A stretch of 64,000 nt of DNA from Eledone cirrhosa. Taxonomy: Eukaryota. Location: contig OZ024740.1 in the NCBI GenBank assembly GCA_964016885.1, positions 414,284,001 to 414,348,000 of the forward strand, written 5' to 3'. Below are positions 1 through 12,214 of the stretch, one piece after another (the stretch's first letter is position 1; each line of letters begins with the position of its first letter). Both the position numbers and the translations under genes were made by a program. Under the pieces are notes generated by a model. The model had not been told where the DNA came from. It worked only from the letters and a program-made list of their open reading frames with translations, and ran no database searches.

Positions 1-3000
1 CACTGCCAGCAACATTATCACTACCACTGCCACCAACATTATCACTACCACTGCCACCAACATCATCACTACCACTGCCAACATTATCACTACCACTGCC
101 AGCAACCTTATCACTACCACTGCCACCAACATTATCACTACCACTGCCAACAATATCACTGCCACCAACATCATCACTACCACTGCCAACAATATCACTA
201 CCACTGCCAGCAACATTATCACTACCACTGCCACCAACATTATCACTACCACTTCCACCAACATTATCACTACCACTGCCAGCAACATTATCACTACCAC
301 TGCCAACAATATCACCACCACTGCCACCAACATTATCACTACCACTGCCACCAACATCATCAGTACCACTGCCAACAATATCACTACCACTGCCAGCAAC
401 ATTATCACTACCACTGCCACCAACATTATCACTACCACTGCCACCAACATTATCACTACCACTGCCAACATTAACACTACCACTGCCAACATTAACACTA
501 CCACTGCCAGCGACATTATCACTACGATTGCCACCAACATTATCACTACCACTGCCACCAACATTATCAATACCACTGCCACCAACATTATCACTACCAC
601 TGCCACCAACATTATCACTACCACTGCCACCAACATTATCACTACCACTGCCAACATTATCACTACCACTACCAGCAACATTATCACTACCACTGCCACC
701 AACATTATCACTACCAGTGCCACCAACATTATCACTACCACTGCCAACATTATCACTACCACTGCCAGCAACATTATCACTACCACTGCCACCAACATTA
801 TCACTACCACTGCCACCAACATTATCACTACCACTGCAAGCAACATTATCACTACCACTGCCACCAACATTATCACTACCACTGCCAACATTATCACTAC
901 CACTGCCAGCAACATTATCACTACCACTGCCACCAACATTATCACTACCACTGCCACCAACATTATCACTACCACTGCCAACAATATCACTACCACTGGC
1001 ACCAACATCATCACTACCACTGCCAACAATATCACTACCACTGCCACCAACATTATCACTACCACTGCCACCAACATTATCACTACCACTGCCACCAATA
1101 TTATCACTACCACTGCCACCAACATCATCACTACCACTGCCAACATTATCACTAACACTGCCAGCAACATTATCACTACCACTGCCACCAACATTATCAC
1201 TACCACTGCCAACAATATCACTACCACTGCCAACAATATCACTACCACTGCCACCAACATTATCACTACCACTGCCAACATTATCACTACCACTTCCACC
1301 AACATCATCACTACCACTGCCAACAATATCACTACCACTGCCACCAACATTATCACTACCACTGCCACCAAAATTATCACTACCACTGCCAACAATATCA
1401 CTGCCACCAACATCATCACTACCACTGCCAACAATATCACTACCAATGCCAGCAACATTATCACTACCACTGCCACCAACATTATCACTACCACCAACAT
1501 TATCACTACCACTGCCAGCAACATTATCACTACCACTGCCAACATTATCACTACCACTGCCAGCAACATTATCACTACCACTGCCACCAACATTATCACT
1601 ACCACTGCCACCAACATTATCACTACCACTGCTAGCAACATTATCACTACCACTGCCAGCAACATTATCACTACCACTGCCAGCAACATTATCACTACCA
1701 CTGCCACCAAAATTATCACTACCACTGCCACCAAAATTATCACTACCACTGCTACCAATATTATCATTACCAGTGCCAGCAACATTATCACTACCACTGC
1801 CAGCTACATTATCACTACCACTGCCACCAACATTATCACTACCACTGACAGCAGCATTATCACTACCACTGCCACCAACATTATCACTACCACTAACATT
1901 ATCACTACCACTGCCAGCAACATTATCACTACCAACAATATCACTACCACTGCCACCAACATTATCACTACCACTGCCACCAACATTATCACTACCACTG
2001 CCAACAATATCAATACCACTGCCACCAACATTATCACTACCACTGCCACCAACATTATCACTACCACTGCCACCAACATTATCACTACCACTGCCAACAA
2101 TATCACTACCACTGCCAGCAACATTATCACTACCACTAACATTATCACTACCACTGCCAGCAACATTATCACTACCACTGCCACCAACATTATCACTACC
2201 ACTGCCACCAACATCATCACTACCATTGCCAACAATATCACTACCACTGCCAGCAACATTATCACTACCACTGCCACCAACATTATCACTACCACTGCCA
2301 CCAACATTTTCACTACCACTGCCAGCAACATTATCACTACCACTGCCAACAATATCACTACCACTGCCACCAACATTATCACTACCACTGCCAACATTAT
2401 CACTACCACTGCCACCAACATCATCACTACCACTGCCAACAATATCACTACCACTGCCACCAACATTATCACTACCACTGCCACCAATATTATCACTACC
2501 ACTGCCACCAACATCATCACTACCACTGCCAACATTATCACTACCACTGCCAGCAACATTATCACTACCACTGCCACCAAAATTATCACTACCACTGCCA
2601 ACAATATCACTACCACTGCCACCAACATTTTCACTACCACTGCCAGCAACATTATCACTACCACTGCCAACAATATCACTACCACTAACATTATCACTAC
2701 CACTGCCAACATTATCACTACCACTGCCAGCAACATTATCAGTACCACTGCTACCAATATTATCACTACCAGTGCCAGCAACATTATCACTACCACTGCC
2801 ACCAACATTATCAGTACCACTGCTACCAATATTATCATTACCAGTGCCAGCAACATTATCACTACCCCTGCCAGCAACATTATCACTACCAGTGCCAGCA
2901 ACATTATCACTACCACTGCCACCAACATTATCACTACCAGTGCCAGCAACATTATCACTACCACTGCCACCAACATTATCACTACCCCTGCCACCAACAT

Positions 3001-4860
3001 TATCACTACCACTGCCACCAATATTATCACTACCACTGCCACCAACATTATCATTACTTGTGCCAGCAACATTATCACTACCACTACCACCAACATTATC
3101 ATTACTTGTGCCACCAACATTATCACTACCACTGCCAGCTACATTATCACTACCACTAACATTATCACTACCACTGCCAGCTACATTATCACTACCACTG
3201 CCACCAACATTATCACTACCACTGCCAGCAGCATTATCACTACCACTGCCACCAACATTATCACTACCACTGCCACCAACATTATCACTACCACTGCCAA
3301 CATTATCACTACCAGTGCCAGCAGCATTATCACTACCACTAACATTAACACTACCACCAACATTATCACTACCACTGCCAGCAACATTATCACTACCACT
3401 GCCACCAACATTATCACTACCAGTGCCAGCAACATTATCACTACCACTGCCAGCAACATTATCACTACCAGTGCCAGCAACATTATCACTATCACTGCCA
3501 CCAACATTATCACTACCAGTGCCAGCAACATTATCACTATCACTGCCACCAACATTATCACTACCAGTGCCAGCAACATTATCACTACCACTGCCACCAA
3601 CATTATCGCTACCAGTGCCACCAACATTATCACTACCACTGCCAGCTACATTATCACTACCACTGCCTGCAACATTATCACTACCACTGCCAACATTATC
3701 ACTATCACTGCCAGCAACATTATCACTACCAATGCCAGCTGCATTATCACTACCACTGCCATCAACATTATCACTACGACTGCCAACATTATCACTACCA
3801 CTGCTAGCAACATTATCAGTCACACTGCTACCAATATTATCACTACCAGTGCCAGCAACATTATCACTACCACTGCCACCAACATTATCAGTACCACTGC
3901 TACCAATATTATCATTACCAGTGCCAGCAACATTATCACTACCCCTGCCAGCAACATTATCACTACATGTGCCAGCAACATTATCACTACCAGTGCCAGC
4001 AACATTATCACTACCAGTGCCAGCAACATTATCACTACCACTGCCACCAACATTATCACTACCACTAACATTATCACTACCACTGGCAGCTACATTATCA
4101 CTACCACTAACATTATCACTACCACTGCCAGCAGCATTATCACTACCACTAACATTATCACTACCACTGCCACCAACATTATCACTACCACTGCCACCAA
4201 CATTATCACTACCACTGCCAACATTATCACTACCAGTGCCAGCAGCATTATCACTACCACTACCACCAACATTAACACTAGCACCAACATTATCACTACC
4301 ACTACCACCAACATTAACACTAGCACCAACATTATCACTACCACTGCCAGCAACATTATCACTACCACTGCCAGCAACATTATCACTACCAGTGCCAGCA
4401 ACATTATCACTACCACTGCCAGCAACATTATCACTACCACTGCCACCAACATTATCACTACCAGTGCCAGCAACATTATCACTACCACTGCCAGCAACAT
4501 TATCACTATCACTGCCACCAACATTATCACTACCAGTGCCAGCAACATTATCACTACCACTGCCACCAACATTTTCACTACCACTGCCACCAACATTATC
4601 ACTACTACTGCCACCAACATTATGACTACCACTTCCACCAACATTATCACTACCAGTGCCACCAACATTATCACTACCACTGCCACCAACATTATCACTA
4701 CCACTGCCACCAACATTATCACTACCACTGCCAGCAGCATTATCACTACCAATGCCAGCTACATTATCACTACCACTGCCACCAACATTATCACTACCAC
4801 TGCCAGCAACATTATCACTACCACTGCCACCAACATTATCATTAATTGTGCCAGCACTAT
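1..4860 (+). repeat. Minisatellite of ~24-bp units (CACTGCCACCAACATTATCACTAC) with 21/18/15-bp variants; runs off the left edge
   Basis: About 200 tandem units are visible. It explains the Pro/Leu and Val/Ile/Met ORFs in the track. Frame +2 reads (TTTATNII)n. Confidence 0.97.
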
Positions 4861-4869
4861 ACACGATCG

Positions 4870-4995
4870 TATGAAATGGTATTGGTCAAAGTAAGACTAA
4901 AATAGATGATACTTACTCATTGTGTCACACAATTGGATTGAACCCGAACACACGTGATTGCGAAGCCAGCGATTTAACCTCAAATCCACACCTGT
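4870..4995 (-). mobile_element. Degenerate tRNA-derived SINE fragment
   Basis: GGATTGAACCCG...GTGATTGCGAAGCC...TTTAACC is the reverse complement of a tRNA-like A/B-box head. Confidence 0.5.
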
Positions 4996-5101
4996 GCTTA
5001 CAGCTGATGAAGGGGTTCTTCTCTTGTTTCGTCTATATTACCATCTTAAAATTTGTTTACAGTAACCACACAGCTCGCTTCGTTTCTTGTAATTTTGTGT
5101 G

Positions 5102-5130
<29 letters not shown>

Positions 5131-5132
<2 letters not shown>

Positions 5133-5848
5133 AATAACTAGAAATTGATTAACAAAAATAAACATGAATAATCACAGGAGATAATTTTTACAAGTGTGTA
5201 AGCACACATAGCTAGGTAGGTAACTAAATAAAGTTAACCAGAACTTCAAAAATAGATACTTTATAATATGATTAATCTTCCATTAAAGAAATATATTTCA
5301 CCAATTAATCGAATGGTAAACCATGGAGGCCGGTACTTGGATTTTCAACAAGTAAGAACGCTGTTTCTAGTTGTCGATAACCCTATTCACGCCACTGTGA
5401 CGAATCTGGTATGATGTGTTTATTTCTATTAGATACAGCACGTGTTGCTGGCCAGTCGCTGATTTGAACTTGAAGTGTAAACATAGATCGCTGGACTTCT
5501 TCCTTGTTGAAAATCCAAGCACCGGCCTCCATGGTTTACCATTCGATTAATTGGTGAAATATATTTCTTTAATGGAATATATATAGGGAAGATTAATCAT
5601 ATTATAAGGTATCTATTTTTGAAGTTCTGGTTAACTTTATTTAGTTACCTACCTAGCTATGTGTGCTTACACACTTGTAAAAATTATCTCCTGTGATTAT
5701 TCATGTTTATTTATATGTTAATCAATTTCTAGTTATTATAAAATGCTCGGACCTATTCGTTAGAATCTTTGAGCTTATTTTACGGGTGATATGGCGCATG
5801 TCTTTCTGGCATGACACCCATAATTTTGATTATCTTAATTTTGGATAT

Positions 5849-5850
<2 letters not shown>
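5131..5850. mobile_element. Fold-back insert between TA tracts (probable PLE pLTR derivative)
   Basis: Arms of ~230 bp (5131-5358 and 5497-5739), a ~140-bp loop, a one-sided tail at 5740-5850, and (TA)n on both sides. Confidence 0.75.
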
Positions 5851-5894
<44 letters not shown>

Positions 5895-6250
5895 CGGTGG
5901 AACTGGAGGGCAGGGCACCCGTCCCAATAATTATATTTTTCTCCCCAAACTAGCAAAATACACATCCATTTGTATATGCGATACAATTTATGTGCATGTT
6001 ATGTAGAGAGGGATGGAAGATATAGATATAGATAAAGAGATAGGGAGAGGAATAGAGTTCTGTGTAGTATATATAGAGAGGGGGGTTGGGAGAGAGTGTT
6101 GTATGGCTGATGTAGAGAGGGGAGAGTTTGGGGTTACTTGATATAGAGAGGAGGATTGGGGAGAGAGTGCTGTATGCTTGATGAAGAGAAGGGAAGAGGT
6201 TGGCGGCAATAACTAAAGAGGATTGATAGAGATACGTATTGATAGGTATA

Positions 6251-7745
6251 AATTTCTATTTATTTGCCACCAGGGCATTAAAGATTGGTACAAATACAAA
6301 GGGGGGAGTTTACATACATTTAAAAAGACGTGTAAGAAACATATAACAAATTAAATTTAACAATCAATGTCCTCAATAGGAAGGGGGCGTTAACGTGGGT
6401 CGCACACACCCCGAAAATATGTGCAACCCTCCTCTTCAGGAGCACAAAGAGCGGGTGCTCCCTTCCTCTCCTCCTTCTTCTCTTTCACCTACAGGCTGAT
6501 ATAGAGAGAAGGCCCATTAACTCGGGCCATTCTCGCCACTTTCACCCACCTTTCATAAAACTTGCTGGGGTAGAGCACCTCTCTCTCCATCCTGATCCTT
6601 CTTCTAAAATGTTACTTGAAAAAAGGCACCAGTTGTTGGCCGGAGAGAAAGGTGTCTGACCTCAGCCCTTTCAACCTCGTCCACCATACAACCTCTTTCG
6701 CCATAGCTATCACACAGAGGAAAACCGCCTCTCCTTCGTTTTTGAAAGGGGCAGGCGGTTTGATCGTGACAATGTACTCGGTGGTCAACCGGATTGGTCC
6801 CACCCGCGACAATAGTCGTTCCACATAGCCACATAGCCCCACAGGTCTGCAACGCCCGGGCAGTGTACGAATGCGTGTGCGACGGTTTCCTCGTCACGCA
6901 CGCATCTCAGACAGATCTTCTTCGAGGTCTCCCTACCCGGGCGCCCGTGTCTGTAGAGCTTGTCCCGAACGGGTAGAGCTCCTCGGTAACATTGCCAAGC
7001 CAGGGACTTTTGGAAGTTGTCCATCGGTCCCGGACCAAACGTCCTAGCGAACAGACTCGCTAGCTCGTCTTCGTCCATGCCCAGAGCCTCTCCGAGAGCG
7101 TCGTCGCACTTACTGCGCACCAACCCTCTATAGAATGTTGAGGTTGAGTCTCCACTGATTGCCGGAACCGCTTGCCAGAGGGCCGTGAGTGCCTGGGCAC
7201 ATTCAATGTGCCAGTCGCCCACTTTTCTCGTTCTTTGCTTGACCCAGGATTGCAGCTCGGTGAGTGAGACGAGTCTCGTAAAGGCTCGCCTCACAAACAG
7301 GGCCCACACCGGCTGACCGGTGAGGAATACCTGGAGGTGCCGTAGCCTTAATGCGTGTCTACACATCGTCAGCCACGGCATCCCCAGCCCTCCGTTCGAA
7401 GGGTGTTGACAGCAGATGGATCTTCTCACCAAAGGAGGCCGCTTCTTCCAAAGGAATCGGAAGAGCGCGCGCTCCATTTGGCGAGTGTTTTCTCTGGGCA
7501 AGGCACGACGGTCAAGCGGTAGTAGATGACGGACGCTATATAAGCGTTCACCACTTCCGCTCGACCTTTCAGGGATAGTTTGCACTCGGCCTACTTCTGG
7601 GCGAGTGCAAACACCCTGCCCGTTACCTCGTCCCAGTTTTTCTTCACCTGGAGGTCCGGTCCGAACCAGACCCCGAGCAGCTTCACTGGTCCCTCCGTCC
7701 AGCGTCCGACGATGCCGTCGGAGGGCATCGGTTTTCCCCTCCATT
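6251..7745 (-). mobile_element. 5'-truncated L1/Tx1-clade non-LTR retrotransposon (ORF2 C-terminus with zf-RVT-type zinc finger, frameshifted)
   Basis: ORF 6785-7744 contains FRFLW, GGLG.P and AWQCYRGALPVRDKL...CLRC..DEETVAHAFVHC. It is a GC-rich island. The TSD is CGTATTGATAG(G/A)TATA at 6235-6250 and 7746-7761. Confidence 0.9.
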
Positions 7746-7829
7746 CGTATTGATAGATATAGCGAGTGGAAGAGTTTGGTAGTGATGGATAAAGTGAGAG
7801 GGAATGAGAGAGAGTGTTGTATGATAGAG

Positions 7830-8335
7830 AGTTCCTTGTAGTAGATATAGAGAGAGTGAGAGTTTGGTGTTAATTGATATAAAGAGGGGTATTGGAAGAG
7901 AGTTCCCTGTAGTAGGTAGGTATAGAGAGAGTAGAGTAGAGTAGAGAGGGTATTGGAAGAGAGTTCCTTGTAGTAGATATAGAGAGGGTGAGAGTTTGGT
8001 GTTAATTGATGTAGAGAGGGGTATTGGAGAAGAGTTCTTTGTAGTAGATATAGAGAGGGTGAGAGTTTGGTTTTAATGAATGTAGAGAGTGGGTATTGGA
8101 AGAGAGTTCCCTGCAGTAGATATAGAGAGGGTGAGAGTTTGGTGTTAATTGAAGTAGAGAGGGGTATTGGAAGAGAGTTCTGTGTTGTAGATATAGAGAG
8201 GGTGAGAGTTTGGTGTTAATTGATATAGAGAGGGGTATTAGAAGAGAGTTCCGTGTTGTAGATATAGAGAGGGTGAGAGTTTGGTGTTAATTGACGTAGA
8301 GAGGGGTATTGGAACAGAGTTCCGTGTTGTAGTGC
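7830..8335 (+). repeat. ~71-bp G-rich minisatellite, about 7 units
   Basis: Repeating TAGTAGATATAGAGAGGGTGAGAGTTTGGTGTTAATTGATGTAGAGAGGGGTATTGGAAGAGAGTTCC; related degenerate units at 6000-6230. Confidence 0.9.
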
Positions 8336-8797
8336 GTGTTTTGGTAGTTTCTCCCCAAACTGCCAAAAGACATCTATTTCGATATCGCTACAATTTATGT
8401 ACATGCTATGTTTATCGCATATCGAAGTTTTCTGATCATTTTAGAGAGTAATGAGCTAAACTAATCACTACATCTAAATTGATCAAATTTGCTCCCCGAC
8501 CAATTCAGAAATGCTTCCACCGCCCTTGTATATATATACATATACAGGTTGTCCCAAAAAAATTGACATCATTTCGCAGGCCAATAATTTTGGCAATTCT
8601 TGTTGAAATAGCCTCAAATTTTCACAGAATGTATAGAAACAGATCAAGATTTTATATTTAATGTTTTATATTTTTGTCTTTTCAGGTTCAATTCCAAAGA
8701 AAAGTCATTTTGCGTCTTGGAATATGCTCGAACACAGTCACCCAAGACTGTGCAGTGTGCCTTCAATGCAAATTTTTGAAAAAAAGTCACATATACA

Positions 8798-8845
<48 letters not shown>

Positions 8846-8848
<3 letters not shown>

Positions 8849-8948
8849 GGGGTGTCCCAAAAATGTATACAGTCTTTGATTACCTGTACAGGCAATATCT
8901 ATTAGAATGCGCAACTTTTCTGTATAAATATTTTGGAGAAACCCTGTA
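8846..8948. mobile_element. ~100-bp Tc1/mariner-type MITE; a related end lies at ~8543
   Basis: Imperfect TIRs TACGGGGTGTCCCAAAA and TTTTGGAGAAACCCTGTA, with TA flanks. Confidence 0.6.
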
Positions 8949-9646
8949 TATGTATATATATATATATTTGTACACTACGTATACACAGATACATAACTAT
9001 ATGTGTGTCCGCATACAGTATGTCTATTAATGAAATCCCTTTAGGTGCGATGGCAAATATAATTCAAATAAATGTATAATCGGAATTTAAATGCAACAGG
9101 TCGTTTTGCTCTGTCGTCATGCTGTACATACTAAACTACACTCCCACATGATATCATATATGCAATGCAAATTCCTCTCAACGCAGATACATAACAGATG
9201 AGCCTCTTGTATCGCATTCTGGTGAAATCTTATCAACTATATAGCAAAATAAAACAAAATATTATACTCATGTGATGTTGAAATATTTGTTTAAGTGATT
9301 TATCCAATAATTTTATTGTTCGTAAGTCGGAAATAAGAAAACAAGACATCATACAAAAGAAAGGTTATTCTGTCCCAAACAGACCATTACCATTTAATAA
9401 AAGCTATGATGCATTAGAATCCTAGAAGAAAATGCATTTGTCTTACTACTCAGCAATTTCTTTGATTATTTTAACAAATAACTCTACACTAAAAGGTTAA
9501 CTTGCTGACTGACATGTTTGCAAATGTTTAATGAGATACACACCCGCGCGTGCATACACATACATATGCACACAAACCCATGCTCATACTCATGCACATA
9601 ATATGTATGCATGTGTATATATACGTATGTATAAACTGTGTGTACG

Positions 9647-9685
<39 letters not shown>

Positions 9686-9974
9686 AATATATATATATAT
9701 ATGTATAAACTATGTGTGTATGTGGGTGTGAGTATACTAACACAATAGCCATATAACACAGCCTTCTGTCGGCTAACATCTGGTTTCATACCTAGTTTCT
9801 TAATGTTCATTGTTAGCCTATAAATCACACAACAGGGATGCAGGCAAAACAGCTAGATTTGACAACAGATGCAGACTGTACGGAATAACCGTCGAAGAAA
9901 TCATCCACATCATTGTAGTGCACCTGACCACTGTACACAATAATTTCATTTTTATTATTATCATTATTATTAGT

Positions 9975-10155
9975 GGCTTGGCAGTATCAGTAGAGGGTCG
10001 GACGCCATGCTTTGATGCAAAGAGGTACGTCCCTTTACGATTTGAGTTCAAATCCCGCCGAGGTTAACTTTGCCTTTCATCCTTACGGGGTCGATAAAAT
10101 AAAGTACCAGTAATGTACTGGATTATTTCTGGCCTTGTGCCAAAAGTAGAAACAA
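9975..10155 (+). mobile_element. tRNA-derived SINE with conserved core GCCTTTCATCCTTACGGGGTCGATAAAATAAAGTACCAG (Nin-domain-like)
   Basis: B-box-like GAGTTCAAATCC; more than 15 related copies elsewhere in the window. Confidence 0.85.
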
Positions 10156-10389
10156 TGATTATTATATATGAAAATTGAGTTGAAAGATTTTGCTGTAACT
10201 TTGGCTAAATAAATTAGTCTAATAATAATGGGGCATAGAAGACACTGAATGGGGAAAGATGCCCAATGTTAAGCCGAAATCTTCTAATTCAATTTTCAAA
10301 TTCTACTTGCTGTTTTTTAAACATTTGTGCTTTCATATATATATAGTCTAATCCATGCTAGCGTAGAAGATAGACATTAATCGATGATG

Positions 10390-10435
<46 letters not shown>

Positions 10436-10461
10436 TAGAAGGGATATTTAATTTGTTGGAA

Positions 10462-10513
<52 letters not shown>

Positions 10514-10552
10514 ATATATAAGAACAAAAGATGGTTAAAGGAGTTCCATGTA

Positions 10553-10619
10553 TTTTATTATGCGCATTTCCAAAACAAACATCCTCATGCAATAATATTT
10601 GTGTTTTCATCAGATAAAA
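10553..10619 (-). ncRNA. Inverted copy of the same hammerhead
   Basis: Reverse complement of 10730-10796 with two substitutions in stem II; the core is intact. Confidence 0.72.
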
Positions 10620-10729
10620 CAGGAGGACATGATATGAAGGCTAAAAAACACTTGTGGATAGTGCAGTTTTAAATCAACATAACTGCACTATCCACAAGTG
10701 TTTTTTAGCCTTCATATCATGTCCTCCTG

Positions 10730-10796
10730 TTTTATCTGATGAAAACACAAATATTATTGCATGATGATGTTTGTTTTTGAAATGCGCATAATAAAA
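10730..10796 (+). ncRNA. Minimal type I hammerhead ribozyme
   Basis: Stem I TTTTAT/ATAAAA; core CTGATGA (10736-10742); stem II ACAAATATTATT/GATGATGTTTGT with G-U pairs; GAAA (10779-10782); palindromic stem III ATGCGCAT; AUA cleavage triplet. Confidence 0.8.
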
Positions 10797-11091
10797 TACA
10801 TGGAACTCCTTTAACCATCTTTTGTTCTTATATATTATGTATACTCCAGTCCTACAAATTGTAGAGTGCTTCTTATCCGATATCTGCATTGCTTTATTGT
10901 ACTACAATAAAACTCACCTCCTACATATATATATTTATATATATATATATATATTAGAAAGTGAGGGTTTTTTTACAAAATGAAAAATAACCGAGGTGTC
11001 CTACACGAGTGAAAGTATAAAGAAAAAAAGATGAAATCGAAAATGCAAGTGGAGTCTTATTTTTAAAAAAATATATATATTTATTAGGTTC

Positions 11092-11127
11092 CTTTACCGG
11101 TTTCGCAGTTCTTCTGCTTTTCAAAAG
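11092..11127 (-). ncRNA. Minimal hammerhead ribozyme, U3-A8 core variant, at the PLE 3' end
   Basis: Minus strand reads CTT-TTGAAAA-GCAG(AAGAA)CTGC-GAAA-CCGG-TA^AAG. Stem III ACCGGT is palindromic and the cleavage triplet is GUA. Confidence 0.75.
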
Positions 11128-11339
11128 TAGAGTTGAGATGGAGGGTCTGTGGTTTTTCTCACATCTGGTTGATCTCTGAATGTTTCTTGTTTTATATGGA
11201 AAAAGTGGCTCGAAATGCCAGGTTTTTCGAGAAGTAATTTGATTGGTTGGTCAATAATTATAATAAATTTCGCGCCAGTTCGCGTTACAAAGTTCTTCAA
11301 ACAAGGGGGGGGGGTTGTCACAGGTTGTTTTTTCATATA

Positions 11340-11994
11340 TGAGTGTTTGAATTTCTTTTACTTAAAAAAAGGGGGGCTCACGAAGGCTTTTTTTTAATAA
11401 ACGTAATTTGATTGGTTATAAATGAAATTATGGCTGTCACGTGAACAAGTTTTCATTAAATTTTCGCGCCCTTATTTGGAAATCTATTCTGTAGCCTTTT
11501 TAGAGAATTTTATTATAAGTAAAAGATAATGGTCAAGAGTAATGGGATGGGAGAATCGTTCTGGTTCAGTGAATATGGTTAGTTCGCTGGGGTGTCAGAA
11601 TTCAGATTTTCTATTGAATAAAGAAAGTAAAGATATGTATGTTTATTTGTGTGCTTGTGTGCGTGTGTGTGTGTTGTGTGTGTGTGTTTGAATTTATTTT
11701 TACTTAAAGAAAAGGGGCTCACGAAGGCTTTTTTTTTAATAAACGTAATTTGATTGGTTATAAATGAAATTATGGCTGTCACGTGAACAAGTTTTCATTA
11801 AATTTCCGCGCCCTTATTTGGAAATCTATTCTGTAGCCTATTTAGAGAATTTTATGACAAGCAAAAAATAATGGTCAAGAGAAATGGGATGGGAGAATTG
11901 TTCTGATTCAGTGAATATGGTTAGTTCGCTGGGGTGTCAGAATTCAGATTTTCTATTGAATAAAGAAAGTAAAGATATGTGTTTATTTGTGTGC

Positions 11995-12000
<6 letters not shown>
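11340..12000. repeat. ~342-bp tandem duplication in the PLE 3' region
   Basis: CGAAGGCTTTTTTT at 11381 and 11722; AGTTCGCTGGGG at 11581 and 11923. Confidence 0.9.
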
Positions 12001-12056
<56 letters not shown>

Positions 12057-12214
12057 TGGAAGATGATTCTATTAGTAGAAATGGGGGAGGCAGTTGTGTG
12101 TGTGTGTGTGTAGGAAAATGATTCCTTTAGTAGGAATATTTTTGAATGAACATATTTTCCTTACTTATTCGTATTTGTTCTGCTGTATTGTCAGTGCAAA
12201 CGTATATTAAGGTA

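Larger units (their letters stand above)
5891..8527. mobile_element. Non-autonomous DNA transposon with short TIRs and an internal minisatellite, interrupted by a Tx1-like LINE
   Basis: GGCGGTGGAA (5893-5902) and TTCCACCGCC (8515-8524) are inverted termini next to TA tracts. A ~70-bp internal direct repeat occurs at ~5937 and ~8348. Confidence 0.55.
10511..10924. mobile_element. Fold-back insert with a hammerhead in each arm
   Basis: Near-perfect ~158-bp arms (10511-10668 and 10681-10838), a tail at 10839-10924, and TA flanks. Confidence 0.85.

Noticed and set aside
528-4752. 1365-aa Pro/Leu ORF and antisense Val/Ile/Met ORFs
   Set aside because: Alternative readings of the minisatellite; no domain, signal or splice evidence.
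5000-5040. CTGATGAAGGGG as a hammerhead core
   Set aside because: No downstream GAAA or stem III at a suitable distance.
5355-5400. Minus-strand GTGAATAG..GAAACAGCGTT as a hammerhead
   Set aside because: The core is too degenerate; at most a relic.
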